Shown piece by piece: positions 1-9,621 of a stretch of DNA of 64,000 nucleotides. Numbering within the stretch: the stretch's first letter is position 1; each line of letters opens with the position of its first letter. The position numbers and the translations under genes were made by a program. The stretch covers positions 4,768,001 to 4,832,000 of the forward strand of contig OZ257156.1 of NCBI GenBank assembly GCA_965279375.1, written 5' to 3'. The notes below the pieces were generated by a model, which saw nothing but the letters and a program-made list of their open reading frames with translations, had not been told where the DNA came from and made no database searches. This stretch comes from Gemmatimonas sp. (GTDB lineage: Bacteria; Gemmatimonadota; Gemmatimonadetes; Gemmatimonadales; Gemmatimonadaceae).

Positions 1-1964
1 TCGAGATCGCCGTCGGCAATCTTGTCGAGCTCTTCTTCCATCTGCGCGGTGAAGCCGACGTTGAACACGTCAGGAAACTTCTTCACCATGACTTTTTCGA
101 CCGTCTCACCGAGTGGCGACGGGAAGAAGCGACGCTGCACGAGTTCGACGTAGCGACGATCGGCAAGCACGGAGATGATCGACGCGTACGTGGACGGACG
201 ACCGATGCCCAAACGCTCGAGCTCCTTGACCAACGAGGCCTCGGAGAAGCGCGGCGGCGGCTCTGTGAAATGCTGCGTGGGCGTGATCGCCTTGACCGGC
301 ACCTTCTCGTCCACGTCGAGCATCGGCAGCGCCTGCTCGTCTTCGAGCGCCTTGCTGTCGCCCTCTTCGCGCGCCTCGCGGTAGAGCGCGAGGAAGCCCT
401 GGAACTTCACGACGGAGCCCGTCGAGCGGAACAGATACTGCCGCTCGCCGGCCTTCTGATCGAAGTCGACCGTCGTGGTATCGAACACGGCCGGCGCCAT
501 CTGCGACGCCATGAAGCGCTGCCAGATGAGCTGATAGAGCTTGAACTGGTCGGCGGTCAGCTTGCGTTCGATGTTGGCCGGCAGGCGCGCAGGATCGGTC
601 GGACGCACGCCTTCGTGCGCGTCCTGTGCGTTGGCCTTGCCGCTGGGGTAGAGCTGCGGTGTGGGTGCCAGGAACTCTTCACCGAACTGCTTGCGCAGCG
701 TATCACGCGCCGCGAGCGCCGACACTTCGGAGACGCGCGGCGAGTCGGTACGCATGTACGTGATGAGACCGACCGTGCCGTCTTCGCCACCGATGTCCAC
801 ACCTTCGTAGAGATCCTGCGCGAGACGCATCGTGCGCTTGGAACCGAAGCCCAACTTCTTGGCGGCTTCCTGCTGCAGCGTGGACGTGGTGAACGGCGCC
901 GACGGATTCTTGCGACGCTCGCGACGCTTGACCTCGGTGACGATGAATTCCTTTCGCCCCTTGAGATCGGCCAGCATGCGTTCGGCTTCGAGCGCCGTCG
1001 GGATCTCCGGCTTCTTGCCGTCGACCTGATGCAGCTTGGCAGTGAACGCCTGCGCGCCCTTCTGCAGATCGGCGGCAATCGTCCAGTACTCCACGGGCGT
1101 GAACGCGCGAATCTCGCGCTCACGCTCCACGATGATGCGCAACGCGACGGTCTGAACACGACCGGCGGAGAGCCCCTTCTTGACCGTCTTCCAGAGTACA
1201 GGGCTGGCCTTGTAGCCGACCAAACGATCGAGCACACGACGGGCCTGCTGGGCCTCGACCTTGTGCACGTCGATGTCGAGCGGATTCGCGATGGACGCCT
1301 TCACGGCGTCCTTGGTGATTTCGTGGAACATCACGCGACGGATCGGCGCCGTGACGGCGTTCCGCTTGGGTTGCGTGAAGAACTGTTCCACGTGCCACCC
1401 GATCGCTTCACCTTCGCGGTCCGGGTCGGTTGCGATGAACACTTCGTTCGCGCCGCGCGCCAGTTTCTTCAGATCGGCGAGGATGTCTTCCTTCCCCTCG
1501 ATCGTGACGTAGTCGGGCGCGAAGCCGTGCTCGATGTCGATGCCCAGCTTCTTGGCGGGCAGATCGCGCACGTGGCCAACCGTGGCCCGCACTGTGTAGC
1601 CGCTGCCCAAGTACTTGCCGATGGTCTTGGCCTTGGCGGGCGACTCGACGATCACCAAAGACGTGCCGCTGGCCGTTGGCGGAGTATCGTCGTCGCCGCT
1701 GTCGAAGCTGGCCGCTGCGGCGCGTGACTTGGCGCGCGTGCTGGTGGCCTTCTTGGCTGCGGTCTTCTTGGCGGCCGACTTTTTCGCGGCGGTCTTGGCG
1801 ACGGTCTTCGTCGCCGTTTTGGACGCGCTACGCGCCGGCGCTTTGGCAGCGCTCTTGATCGGAGCCACGTCAGCGGAAACCGCTGTCTTGGCCGCTTTTT
1901 TCGCGGTGGCGCTGGACGAACCGGCGCGCTTCGCGGGGACCTTCGTCGCCTTCTTGATTGGCAT
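1..1964 (-). CDS. topA: DNA topoisomerase I (3' end outside window), with Lys/Ala-rich N-terminal extension
   Basis: Manual translation from ATG 1964: MPIKKATK... then Toprim SLVIVESPAKAKTIGKYLG, ATDPDREGEAIGWH, SAGRVQT and active-site GLITYMRTDS. Absent from the ORF track because it runs off the window. Confidence 0.96.
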   Translation of the reverse strand, partial: MPIKKATKVPAKRAGSSSATAKKAAKTAVSADVAPIKSAAKAPARSASKTATKTVAKTAAKKSAAKKTAAKKATSTRAKSRAAAASFDSGDDDTPPTASGTSLVIVESPAKAKTIGKYLGSGYTVRATVGHVRDLPAKKLGIDIEHGFAPDYVTIEGKEDILADLKKLARGANEVFIATDPDREGEAIGWHVEQFFTQPKRNAVTAPIRRVMFHEITKDAVKASIANPLDIDVHKVEAQQARRVLDRLVGYKASPVLWKTVKKGLSAGRVQTVALRIIVEREREIRAFTPVEYWTIAADLQKGAQAFTAKLHQVDGKKPEIPTALEAERMLADLKGRKEFIVTEVKRRERRKNPSAPFTTSTLQQEAAKKLGFGSKRTMRLAQDLYEGVDIGGEDGTVGLITYMRTDSPRVSEVSALAARDTLRKQFGEEFLAPTPQLYPSGKANAQDAHEGVRPTDPARLPANIERKLTADQFKLYQLIWQRFMASQMAPAVFDTTTVDFDQKAGERQYLFRSTGSVVKFQGFLALYREAREEGDSKALEDEQALPMLDVDEKVPVKAITPTQHFTEPPPRFSEASLVKELERLGIGRPSTYASIISVLADRRYVELVQRRFFPSPLGETVEKVMVKKFPDVFNVGFTAQMEEELDKIADGDL

Positions 1965-1968
1965 CAGC

Positions 1969-2397
1969 TCAGTGTACCTGGGAGCGATCGCTGGCACTGG
2001 TGGGGTCGTCGAATCCGCCGTCTTCCGCAATCGCGCGGATTTCGGCCAAACCGATCCGACCTTCCACATGCACCAGCGCCCGCTCGACCAACTGCTCGAA
2101 ATCGTTGAGGCTCACCGCGCCGGATCCCCCTAGCATGACCAGGTACCCCCAGGCCTCGGCAGTGAACCTGCCGCGCTCGTGCGGCCCCTGCACTCGCAGG
2201 GGTGCCTCGCGCGAAATCAGTGCACCGTCCCACATCGGAGCGGGTGCAGTATCGCTATAAAGAAGTGAAAGAATCTCACCAATCTGTCGCCGGTCGTACC
2301 CCTGCGACGACAGATAGGCTTCGACCTCCACGACATCGGTATCGGCAGCGAACCGTTCGCGCAGATCCTCAATCAGCGGTGTCCAGCGATCGTCCAT
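1969..2397 (-). CDS. smg: Smg/DUF494 family protein
   Basis: 142 aa, LSSQGYDRRQI and LRVQGPHERGRF segments; canonical position upstream of topA. Confidence 0.7.
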   Translation of the reverse strand: MDDRWTPLIEDLRERFAADTDVVEVEAYLSSQGYDRRQIGEILSLLYSDTAPAPMWDGALISREAPLRVQGPHERGRFTAEAWGYLVMLGGSGAVSLNDFEQLVERALVHVEGRIGLAEIRAIAEDGGFDDPTSASDRSQVH

Positions 2398-2400
2398 TTC

Positions 2401-2952
2401 CTAACCTAGCCTCCGGGTCAAGTCGTGGGCAAGCGCAACGATGAGATCGATAACTCGTTGTGAATCATTAACTTCCGCATCTATCTCCAGATCAGCCTCC
2501 GCGTACAGGTGAGCGCGACGGGCCCAAAGTGCATCAAGCGCCGCGGCGGGATCGGGGCCGCTGAGGAGCGGTCGGGGCACTCGCGAACGGCTGAGTCGGC
2601 GCAGTGCTTCCGACGGCGAAATTCGCAGATGGACGAGACGTCCGGGCGGACGCAACAGCCCTACGACACCCTCGTTGGTGATCCATCCGCCCCCCGGTGC
2701 CATCACCATCGGTGAAGAGGACGCAAAGTCTTTTGTTACAGCGACTTCCATCTTCCTGAATGCCGCTTCGCCCAGCTCCGCGAAGAGCCGACTCACGGTC
2801 ATGCCGGTGCGACGCTCGATCTCCTCATCGAAGTCCAGTAGCGGACGCTTGAGCTGCTTGGCAAGCGCCCGCCCAACGGTGGACTTTCCCGAACCTGGAA
2901 GGCCAACCAAGATGATATGACCATGGATCTGGCCGCCCACCGACTGGGTCAC
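2401..2952 (-). CDS. aroK: Shikimate kinase
   Basis: GLPGSGKSTVG Walker A, DFDEEIE, GEAAFR, GGG, RPLL motifs; overlaps aroC stop. Confidence 0.93.
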   Translation of the reverse strand: MTQSVGGQIHGHIILVGLPGSGKSTVGRALAKQLKRPLLDFDEEIERRTGMTVSRLFAELGEAAFRKMEVAVTKDFASSSPMVMAPGGGWITNEGVVGLLRPPGRLVHLRISPSEALRRLSRSRVPRPLLSGPDPAAALDALWARRAHLYAEADLEIDAEVNDSQRVIDLIVALAHDLTRRLG

Positions 2953-4139
2953 CCCAGCCGCTCGTCGAGGTGCGCGAGATAGCCGTCGAGGTTGCGGCGG
3001 ATCTCGCCCAACGAGTCCCCGCCAAACTTCTCGAGCAGCGCGTCCGCCAACACGAAGGCGGCCATGGCTTCCGCGATCACGCCCATCGCCGGTACCGCGG
3101 TGACGTCGGAACGTTCGGCGACGGCCGCCGCGGCCTGTCCCGTGGCCATGTCCACCGTACCGAGCGGCCGCATCAGCGTGGAAATCGGCTTCATCGCAAC
3201 TCGCACGACGAGCGGCTCACCGGTGGTCATTCCACCTTCGGTACCGCCGGCGCGATTGGTACGCCGTTTCACGTGCCCCGCGCGCGTGCGTCCCGGTGCG
3301 GCATCGATTTCATCGTGGACATCGGCGCCGGTCCTCCGCGCCGTCTCGAAACCCAGCCCGATTTCCACGCCCTTCACGGCTGGAATGGAGAGCATTGCCT
3401 GGCCCAGACGTCCATCGAGACGGCGATCCCAGGAGACGTGCGAGCCGAGTCCGACGGGGAGACCTGTCACCACGACTTCGCAGATGCCACCGAGGGTGTT
3501 GCCCGAACGCTTGGCGGCATCGATGGCTTCGATCATTCGCGCTTCGGCGGCGGGATCGAGGGTGCGGAGCTGCGACGCATCGGAGGCCGCGTTGAGATTT
3601 GCGGGCAGCTCGTCAGGGCGCGCCGCATCGATACCGCCCAGATGTACGAGGTGCGACCCCACTTCCACCCCCACCTCCTTCAGCAGCACTCGACAGACAG
3701 CACCCGCCGCGACGCGTGCGGTGGTCTCGCGAGCGGACGCGCGTTCCAGAATATCGCGTGCGTCGATGCGGTCGTACTTGAGGATGCCCGTGAGATCTGC
3801 GTGGCCGGGGCGAACGCGCGTGACGCTGCGCTTGCGCGGGCCATCCGCGTCTTCGGCGCGAGGCGCGGGGTCCATGATCTCGACCCAGTTTTTCCAGTCG
3901 CTGTTGCGAATGAGCATGGCCAGCGGAGAGCCAAGCGTCTCGCCGGCACGCACGCCGGAAAGGAATTCGATGCGGTCGGTCTCGATCTGCATGCGACGTC
4001 CGCGTCCATAGCCCTGCTGGCGCCGCGCGAGATCGGTGTCCACGTCGGCGGCGAGGAGCGGCACGCCCGCGGGCATTCCCTCGAGAATGGAGACGAGCGC
4101 GGGTCCGTGGGACTCACCGGCGGTGGTGAAGCGAAGCAT
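2949..4139 (-). CDS. aroC: Chorismate synthase
   Basis: MLRFTTAGESHG start, RPGHAD, ERASARET, MKPISTL, RSDV motifs. Confidence 0.97.
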   Translation of the reverse strand: MLRFTTAGESHGPALVSILEGMPAGVPLLAADVDTDLARRQQGYGRGRRMQIETDRIEFLSGVRAGETLGSPLAMLIRNSDWKNWVEIMDPAPRAEDADGPRKRSVTRVRPGHADLTGILKYDRIDARDILERASARETTARVAAGAVCRVLLKEVGVEVGSHLVHLGGIDAARPDELPANLNAASDASQLRTLDPAAEARMIEAIDAAKRSGNTLGGICEVVVTGLPVGLGSHVSWDRRLDGRLGQAMLSIPAVKGVEIGLGFETARRTGADVHDEIDAAPGRTRAGHVKRRTNRAGGTEGGMTTGEPLVVRVAMKPISTLMRPLGTVDMATGQAAAAVAERSDVTAVPAMGVIAEAMAAFVLADALLEKFGGDSLGEIRRNLDGYLAHLDERLG

Positions 4140-4281
4140 GCGATGCCCGAAGTCGAGACGTGGAGCGCTCACCGGCGGCAAGTCGTGTGGCGAACGCGCT
4201 GTTCGCAACGTAGACAGCGATTGGCCGAAACGCACGGGTGGTGCGTCGCGGCGGTGGCCCGTCTTTGAAGGGAACGCAACG

Positions 4282-4319
4282 ACAAGGCGCCGCGTCCCGA
4301 GTGGGGCGCGGCGCCTTGT
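4282..4319 (-). terminator. Strong hairpin after the pilMNOPQ-lipoprotein operon
   Basis: ACAAGGCGCCGCG...CGCGGCGCCTTGT inverted repeat; weak U tract. Confidence 0.6.
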
Positions 4320-4382
4320 GGATGCCGAGTGTCGTGCAGCGGGTTGTGAGAGCGCGCCTGCGATCGGCGCGCTCGTTGTGGA

Positions 4383-6797
4383 TCAGCCGCAGTTCGTGGT
4401 GAAGTTGTCTGGCAGCGCGACCATCGTGACGCCGCGCTTGGTGGCGCCGATGAGCACGATCTGTCCGTTCGGGCGGATCGAGGCGCGCACCGGTCCGACG
4501 ATTGGATCGCGGATCGGGACCGTGGCGATCTTGCGGTAGCAGTAGGTATCGAAGATGTCGATCACGGCTTCGCTGGAGGCGACGAACGCCAGACGCGTCT
4601 TGAGCGGGGTCGAATTCATGCCCGTGTTGAGCGGGTGGAAATCGAGACCGCCGCCGCTGGAGCGTGACTGCAGGATGCCTTGCAACCGGAGCGACTTGTC
4701 GAGGATGTACGTGCTGTCGCCCTTAATCGCGCCGAGCTCACCGTCGAAGTTGATACCGACGCCCTGGACGCGAGCGAAGGTGTTCGCGATGAAGTCGCTG
4801 ACGTCCATCGGACGCGAGATACCGAGGTCGATCACGGGCAGCGGCGGATACAGATCGAAGCCCGTGGTTGCGTCATAGCCCATCGCTCGACTGCCGAGCA
4901 CCGGTCCGCCTTCACCGAGGATCGCGCGTCGGAAGTTGCCCGAGTTGCGAACGTAGGTGGTGTCGCGGAAGGCGAGTTCCGGGAGTCGGACGACAACCGA
5001 GTAGTTGAACCTCGTGCCATCGAGCGCAGTGATCGTCTGCTTGGCCGGGAGGAGCACGGAGTCACTGCCGAAGCCCTGCGCGGCGAAGCGCACGATTTCG
5101 AGCGTGTCTGCGCGTCCAGCGGTCTGTCCGATTGCCTGTTCGAAGAAGAAGTGCGAGGTGCGCTTCGTCAGGTTCTCCCAGCGGATCGTGCCCTGGTTGG
5201 GGAACGGCACCGACTGTCCGGGCGTGGGCGTTGTCGAGTAGACGAGCACCACGTCTTCGCACGGCGCGTTCAATGCGAGTCCGCCGGTGCAGGTAGTCGC
5301 GATGTACTGCGGGCGATCGCTGAAGTCGTATACCGTGCGCTGCGTGATCGGAAGGTCGGTGGTGGCCGACTTCACGGTGGTCACGCTGTATGCGAGGATG
5401 TTGGGCAGTGCATAGCGGAAGACTTCGCGCCCGGTGGTACCGGACTTGAGGTCGACGTAGCTGATGTTCGTACCGCCCGAGTTGGCGATGAGCAGCGTGT
5501 CACCCATGACGCCATCGCGATTGCGCGGCCACGGGCTGATGCCCCATGGGCGCGACCCGACGATGATCGGCGACTTGAACGAGGAGTCGGCCAGGTTGAA
5601 GACCTCAACCTGATTGCGCTCGATGTTCGTGAGGTAGAGCCGATCGTTGCGCGGGAAGTACATCGCGTCGGCGATCGTACCGCCGGCGGGCAGCGGATTG
5701 GTGAAGCCTGCGACGACTGACGCGGAGTCGAGCTTGATGGCGCCCGAGGTGTAGCGAGCGACGTCGCGACGACCGTTGGCGTTTCGTGCAAATCCGGCGA
5801 CGGTGACTTGCGTCGGGAAGACCGTGACGGGTAGTCGTGTCTTGAAGGTGCGAACCAAGGTGGAGAAGCTACCGGCCGAGGTACTGGAGTCGGCGACAAG
5901 GAGCTGTCCGCTGAGGGAGCGCACTTCGTATCCCAGGACCGTGACGCCGACTGGATCGGTGGCTTCGACGAAGATGGTGTCGCTGATTTCAAGGCGATCC
6001 ATGACGCCCGTCTTGACCACCGGGACCGTGTTAGCCGTGGTGGGGCTGAGCACGGCGTAGCTCACCGGCGTACCGAGCACACGCTGATTGAGCGAGTCGA
6101 CGATGAACGGCGTGACCGTGATGGCCTGTCCCTTGACCGTGTCCGGCACGACGAGCGTGTCGAGCATGGCGACCGAGTCCTTGAGCGGCGCACCGAGGAG
6201 TGCAGAGTCCTTGGTGACGTAGGCGCCGGTGATGGAGTAGCCGAGCGTGCGCACCTTGTAGCGGGCTTTCGCGGAGAGCGAGAGCACCAAGGACTTGCCG
6301 CTGACGACTGGAGAGCCGGCGCTGGGGCTGGTGATGACCACCGCAGGCGGTTCGAGATTGCCGACCGTGAGAACCAGACGAGCGGTGTCGGAGACGTTGC
6401 CGGCGCCGTCGATGACGATGGAGCGGACGTTGACCGTGGATCCGAGCGGCGCGGACGTCGGGACGCGGAACTTGAGCGCGACGTCCAGCGACTGGATGGC
6501 CGTGGTAATGGTCGTGTCGTACTGCGAGGTGACGCTGCCGCTCAGGAAGACGCGGAGTGTCTTGAGTCCGACGTTGTCCGTGGCGTTGACACGCATGGCG
6601 AGCAGCGTGTCGCTGAGGTCGGAGCTTTTGGAGACGACGACGCGCGGTGCGATGCCGTCGCGGAACGGCGGATCGATGACTTCATCGCCCGAGCAGGCCG
6701 CGGCCGTGGCGAGCGCGCCGAGGGCGAGCAGCGTCCGCGTGCGGGCGAGGAGTGATCGCCGCCGCATCGCTGCGGGGAGGTGAGTTGTCGCGTGCAT
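4383..6797 (-). CDS. Large lipoprotein, tandem Ig-like domains plus probable C-terminal beta-propeller
   Basis: Signal ending LATAAAC-S; repeated beta-rich units (ATDNVG, ATDPVG); YVTN-like segment RLYLTNIERNQVEVFNL...IIVGSRPWGI; 20 bp downstream of pilQ. Confidence 0.7.
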   Translation of the reverse strand: MHATTHLPAAMRRRSLLARTRTLLALGALATAAACSGDEVIDPPFRDGIAPRVVVSKSSDLSDTLLAMRVNATDNVGLKTLRVFLSGSVTSQYDTTITTAIQSLDVALKFRVPTSAPLGSTVNVRSIVIDGAGNVSDTARLVLTVGNLEPPAVVITSPSAGSPVVSGKSLVLSLSAKARYKVRTLGYSITGAYVTKDSALLGAPLKDSVAMLDTLVVPDTVKGQAITVTPFIVDSLNQRVLGTPVSYAVLSPTTANTVPVVKTGVMDRLEISDTIFVEATDPVGVTVLGYEVRSLSGQLLVADSSTSAGSFSTLVRTFKTRLPVTVFPTQVTVAGFARNANGRRDVARYTSGAIKLDSASVVAGFTNPLPAGGTIADAMYFPRNDRLYLTNIERNQVEVFNLADSSFKSPIIVGSRPWGISPWPRNRDGVMGDTLLIANSGGTNISYVDLKSGTTGREVFRYALPNILAYSVTTVKSATTDLPITQRTVYDFSDRPQYIATTCTGGLALNAPCEDVVLVYSTTPTPGQSVPFPNQGTIRWENLTKRTSHFFFEQAIGQTAGRADTLEIVRFAAQGFGSDSVLLPAKQTITALDGTRFNYSVVVRLPELAFRDTTYVRNSGNFRRAILGEGGPVLGSRAMGYDATTGFDLYPPLPVIDLGISRPMDVSDFIANTFARVQGVGINFDGELGAIKGDSTYILDKSLRLQGILQSRSSGGGLDFHPLNTGMNSTPLKTRLAFVASSEAVIDIFDTYCYRKIATVPIRDPIVGPVRASIRPNGQIVLIGATKRGVTMVALPDNFTTNCG

Positions 6798-6817
6798 GAG
6801 TCAGATTCCCCGTGGCG

Positions 6818-9100
6818 TTAGCGGCCCGGCGGCGGCGTGGCGCCGTCGTCGAGGATGTGCGGGGTGACCAAGATGAGCAGGTCGCGCTTCGTCTCGTTCT
6901 TCGTGTTCTGCGAGAAGATGCGGCCGACGAACGGCAAGTTCATGAGCACCGGGATGCCGCTGCGGAAGCGCGTCGTTTCGGTGACCGTGAGACCGCCGAT
7001 GACTGCGGCTTCTCCGTCGGCGACGAGCACCTGCGATTCAGCGCGCTGGCGATTGAAGATCACGCCGACGTCCGTCGAGGCGATTTCTGCGCTCGAGTTT
7101 TCGGCCTTGATGTTCATGAGCACCATGCGGTTGTTGGTGATCTGCGGGGTGACCGAGAGCTTGATGCCGGCTTCTTCCTTGGACACGGACGCGCGCGGGA
7201 AGAAGGCCTGGGCGTTGGGCGAGTTGCCCGCGCCACCGCCGCTGCCGCCACCACCACCGCCGCCCTGTCCACCCGAGCTCGCGTCGATGACGCGGATGGG
7301 GATTTCCTGACCGACGAAGATTTCCGCGGAGCGGTTGTTGAGGATCGTGATGCTGGGCTCGGACTGCACGTCGGCGAGCGACGAGGTCTGCAGTGCGTTG
7401 AGGAACGCGGTGAGCTGATAGCGACCGAGTGCGGTGCTGTAGATCAGGTTGAGCGCGTTCGGCTTGATCGCATTGTTGGCGTTGGCGATACCGGCGATCG
7501 CGTTGCCGCCGAGTGCGATGCGCGCGGGGCCTTCGTAGGGTGAGCCGCCGCCGATGGCGTCGGGAACGCCGTCGCCGTTGGTGTCGATCGGGCCCATCGT
7601 GTTCGGATCGGTGCGCGGCACGAGCTGCTGGAAGAACTGCTTGTTGCCGGTGCCCAGGTCGTAGGCGAGTCCGATGTCCTGGATGCCCGTGCGATTGACG
7701 AAGATGATCTTCGCCTTGATCGCGACCTGCTGGGTGCGGACGTCGAGTTCCTTGAGGCGCGAGATGATCTCGGGCAGGCGCGACGGGACGTCGGTGATGA
7801 TCAGCTTGTTCGTTGCGCTATCGGCGACCACCGAGCCGCGCACGACGCAGCCCTGACCAGCGCCCGGGTTGTTCTGCTGCGAGTTGCCGCTGGTCTGATT
7901 CTGCGGCACGCCTGACTGCTGCGAGGTGAGGCCCGTGCAATCGCGTCCAAGGAGCGCGAGGACCGTCTTGGCGAGTGCCGTCGCCTTCGCGTAGTTCACG
8001 TCGACGACCTGCGTGATCGTCGGCTCGAGCGCCTGATTGGAGGCGAGGTTCTTGTAGCTGTCGACCGTGATGATGCCGCTGGCGTCTTCGGTGGCGGCGA
8101 GGCCCTGCGACTGCAGGATCGCCTGGAGGGCGACGTCCCACGGCTTGTCGCTGATGTCGGCGGTGACGTCTCCCTTGACGTCCTTGCCGACGACGATCGT
8201 GCGACCGGAGAAGGTGGCGAAGGCGGCGATGACATCGCGGATGTCGGTGCCGTCATAGCTGACCGTGATGCGCGGCTTCTGCTGCTGGCGACGCGGCGCT
8301 GGTGCCGAGCTGGCGGCGGGCGTCTGCGGCGCGGGTGCTTCAGCGCGATCGGCGTCAACGCGAAGCTTCTGCGCTGGCGTTGTGTTGATCGGCGTGCGGT
8401 CTGCCTTGGCGTCGGCCTGATTGGAGGCGTAGCTGGCTTCGGCGCGTGCGGTTTCGGCCTTGGCTTCCGCCTTCGCCGTCGCCTTGGCCTCGACGGGCGA
8501 CGCGGGCTTCTCGTCGTTCATCTTGGGCTTGGGGCGCGTCGAATCCACCGCACTGAGTACGATGACCGAGGGCGTGGCATCGAGTCGGCCGGCCGCGGAG
8601 GCGACGACCGTGTTGGTCGTGTTGGTCGTGGCCCACGGTGCGAAGGCGACGCTGCCGCCGTTCACCATGAGATGCAGTTCGCCGCCGTTGCGCGTGACCG
8701 AGTACTGGCGCGAGCCATCGAGATCGATGACGAGGCGCACCGTGTCGGCGCGGTACTGCGAGAGGCGGACGTTCTTGATGGCGCCGCGGACGAGGCCATC
8801 GTAGTTGGTGTTGCGCATCGCGAGGCTGGCACCGCCCAGGTCGACGACGAGGCGCGTGGGCCCGTCGATGACGAAGTGGTGCACGCTGATGCCGGTGTCG
8901 ATGGCGATCGTGACTTCAGCGCCGGCCGTCGCGGGAGCGACGCTGATGCTGGAGACGCGACCGCGACCGGGGGCTTCATCGGTGGCGACGACGGGGTGTG
9001 CCTTGAACGACTTGGCAGATTCCGTGCGGACTGTGGCGCTTCCGTGCGCTGCGAATGCGAGTGCCGCGGTGATCACCGCAACGGTCGTCGGTCCCATCAT
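6818..9100 (-). CDS. pilQ: Type IV pilus secretin with AMIN domain
   Basis: AMIN (PTRLVVDL, VRLSQY..TVRLVIDL), N domain (DIRDVI..PWDVAL), secretin C-term GIKLSVTPQI, GIPVLMNLPFVGRIF, DLLILVTPHI. Confidence 0.93.
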   Translation of the reverse strand: MMGPTTVAVITAALAFAAHGSATVRTESAKSFKAHPVVATDEAPGRGRVSSISVAPATAGAEVTIAIDTGISVHHFVIDGPTRLVVDLGGASLAMRNTNYDGLVRGAIKNVRLSQYRADTVRLVIDLDGSRQYSVTRNGGELHLMVNGGSVAFAPWATTNTTNTVVASAAGRLDATPSVIVLSAVDSTRPKPKMNDEKPASPVEAKATAKAEAKAETARAEASYASNQADAKADRTPINTTPAQKLRVDADRAEAPAPQTPAASSAPAPRRQQQKPRITVSYDGTDIRDVIAAFATFSGRTIVVGKDVKGDVTADISDKPWDVALQAILQSQGLAATEDASGIITVDSYKNLASNQALEPTITQVVDVNYAKATALAKTVLALLGRDCTGLTSQQSGVPQNQTSGNSQQNNPGAGQGCVVRGSVVADSATNKLIITDVPSRLPEIISRLKELDVRTQQVAIKAKIIFVNRTGIQDIGLAYDLGTGNKQFFQQLVPRTDPNTMGPIDTNGDGVPDAIGGGSPYEGPARIALGGNAIAGIANANNAIKPNALNLIYSTALGRYQLTAFLNALQTSSLADVQSEPSITILNNRSAEIFVGQEIPIRVIDASSGGQGGGGGGGSGGGAGNSPNAQAFFPRASVSKEEAGIKLSVTPQITNNRMVLMNIKAENSSAEIASTDVGVIFNRQRAESQVLVADGEAAVIGGLTVTETTRFRSGIPVLMNLPFVGRIFSQNTKNETKRDLLILVTPHILDDGATPPPGR

Positions 9101-9621
9101 GGGTTCCTCAGTTTCGTCGTGTCGCTGCTCAGTTGCAGCGTTTCCTGCCGATTGAATCCGAACTCGTCCAGCGTGAACTGCACCGACTTCTGCTTGATGC
9201 CGGAGACGCGCAGGCGACCGAGCTGCTGGCCGACGCGAATCCGGTACTGCGCCTTGGAGAAGCTGTCGCGCAGGATGGCGACCGAGTTGTCACCATCGGG
9301 ATCGAAGGCGACGGCGGTGAGGCGAAGGTCCGAGAGGAGCGGTCGCACATCGCTCGTGCTCATGAGCGAGTGGTAGGGATCGCGACGGCCGGAGCTGTTG
9401 TAGTCGAAGACTTCACGCTGGATGGTGATTTCAGCGGGCATGCCGGCGGCGCGCTTGGGCGCGGCGTTCGGTCCGACCGTGCCAGCGGAGACCGCAGTCA
9501 CCGCGGGGGTGCGATCGGCGGCCGACTGTGCGGCGAGCGTGGTGCTGCCGATCGACGCGAGCAGGAGCGCGACAGCAGCGGGAGCGAGCTTCGCGCGATG
9601 ACGAATCATTTGTCGATTCAT
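9097..9621 (-). CDS. pilP: Type IV pilus assembly protein PilP-like
   Basis: Signal peptide, YNSSGRRDPY motif, LRLTAV, position between pilO and pilQ. Confidence 0.75.
   Translation of the reverse strand: MNRQMIRHRAKLAPAAVALLLASIGSTTLAAQSAADRTPAVTAVSAGTVGPNAAPKRAAGMPAEITIQREVFDYNSSGRRDPYHSLMSTSDVRPLLSDLRLTAVAFDPDGDNSVAILRDSFSKAQYRIRVGQQLGRLRVSGIKQKSVQFTLDEFGFNRQETLQLSSDTTKLRNP

Noticed and set aside
270..1727. 485-aa plus-strand ORF
   Set aside because: Antisense shadow of topA with no motifs; typical of high-GC codon bias
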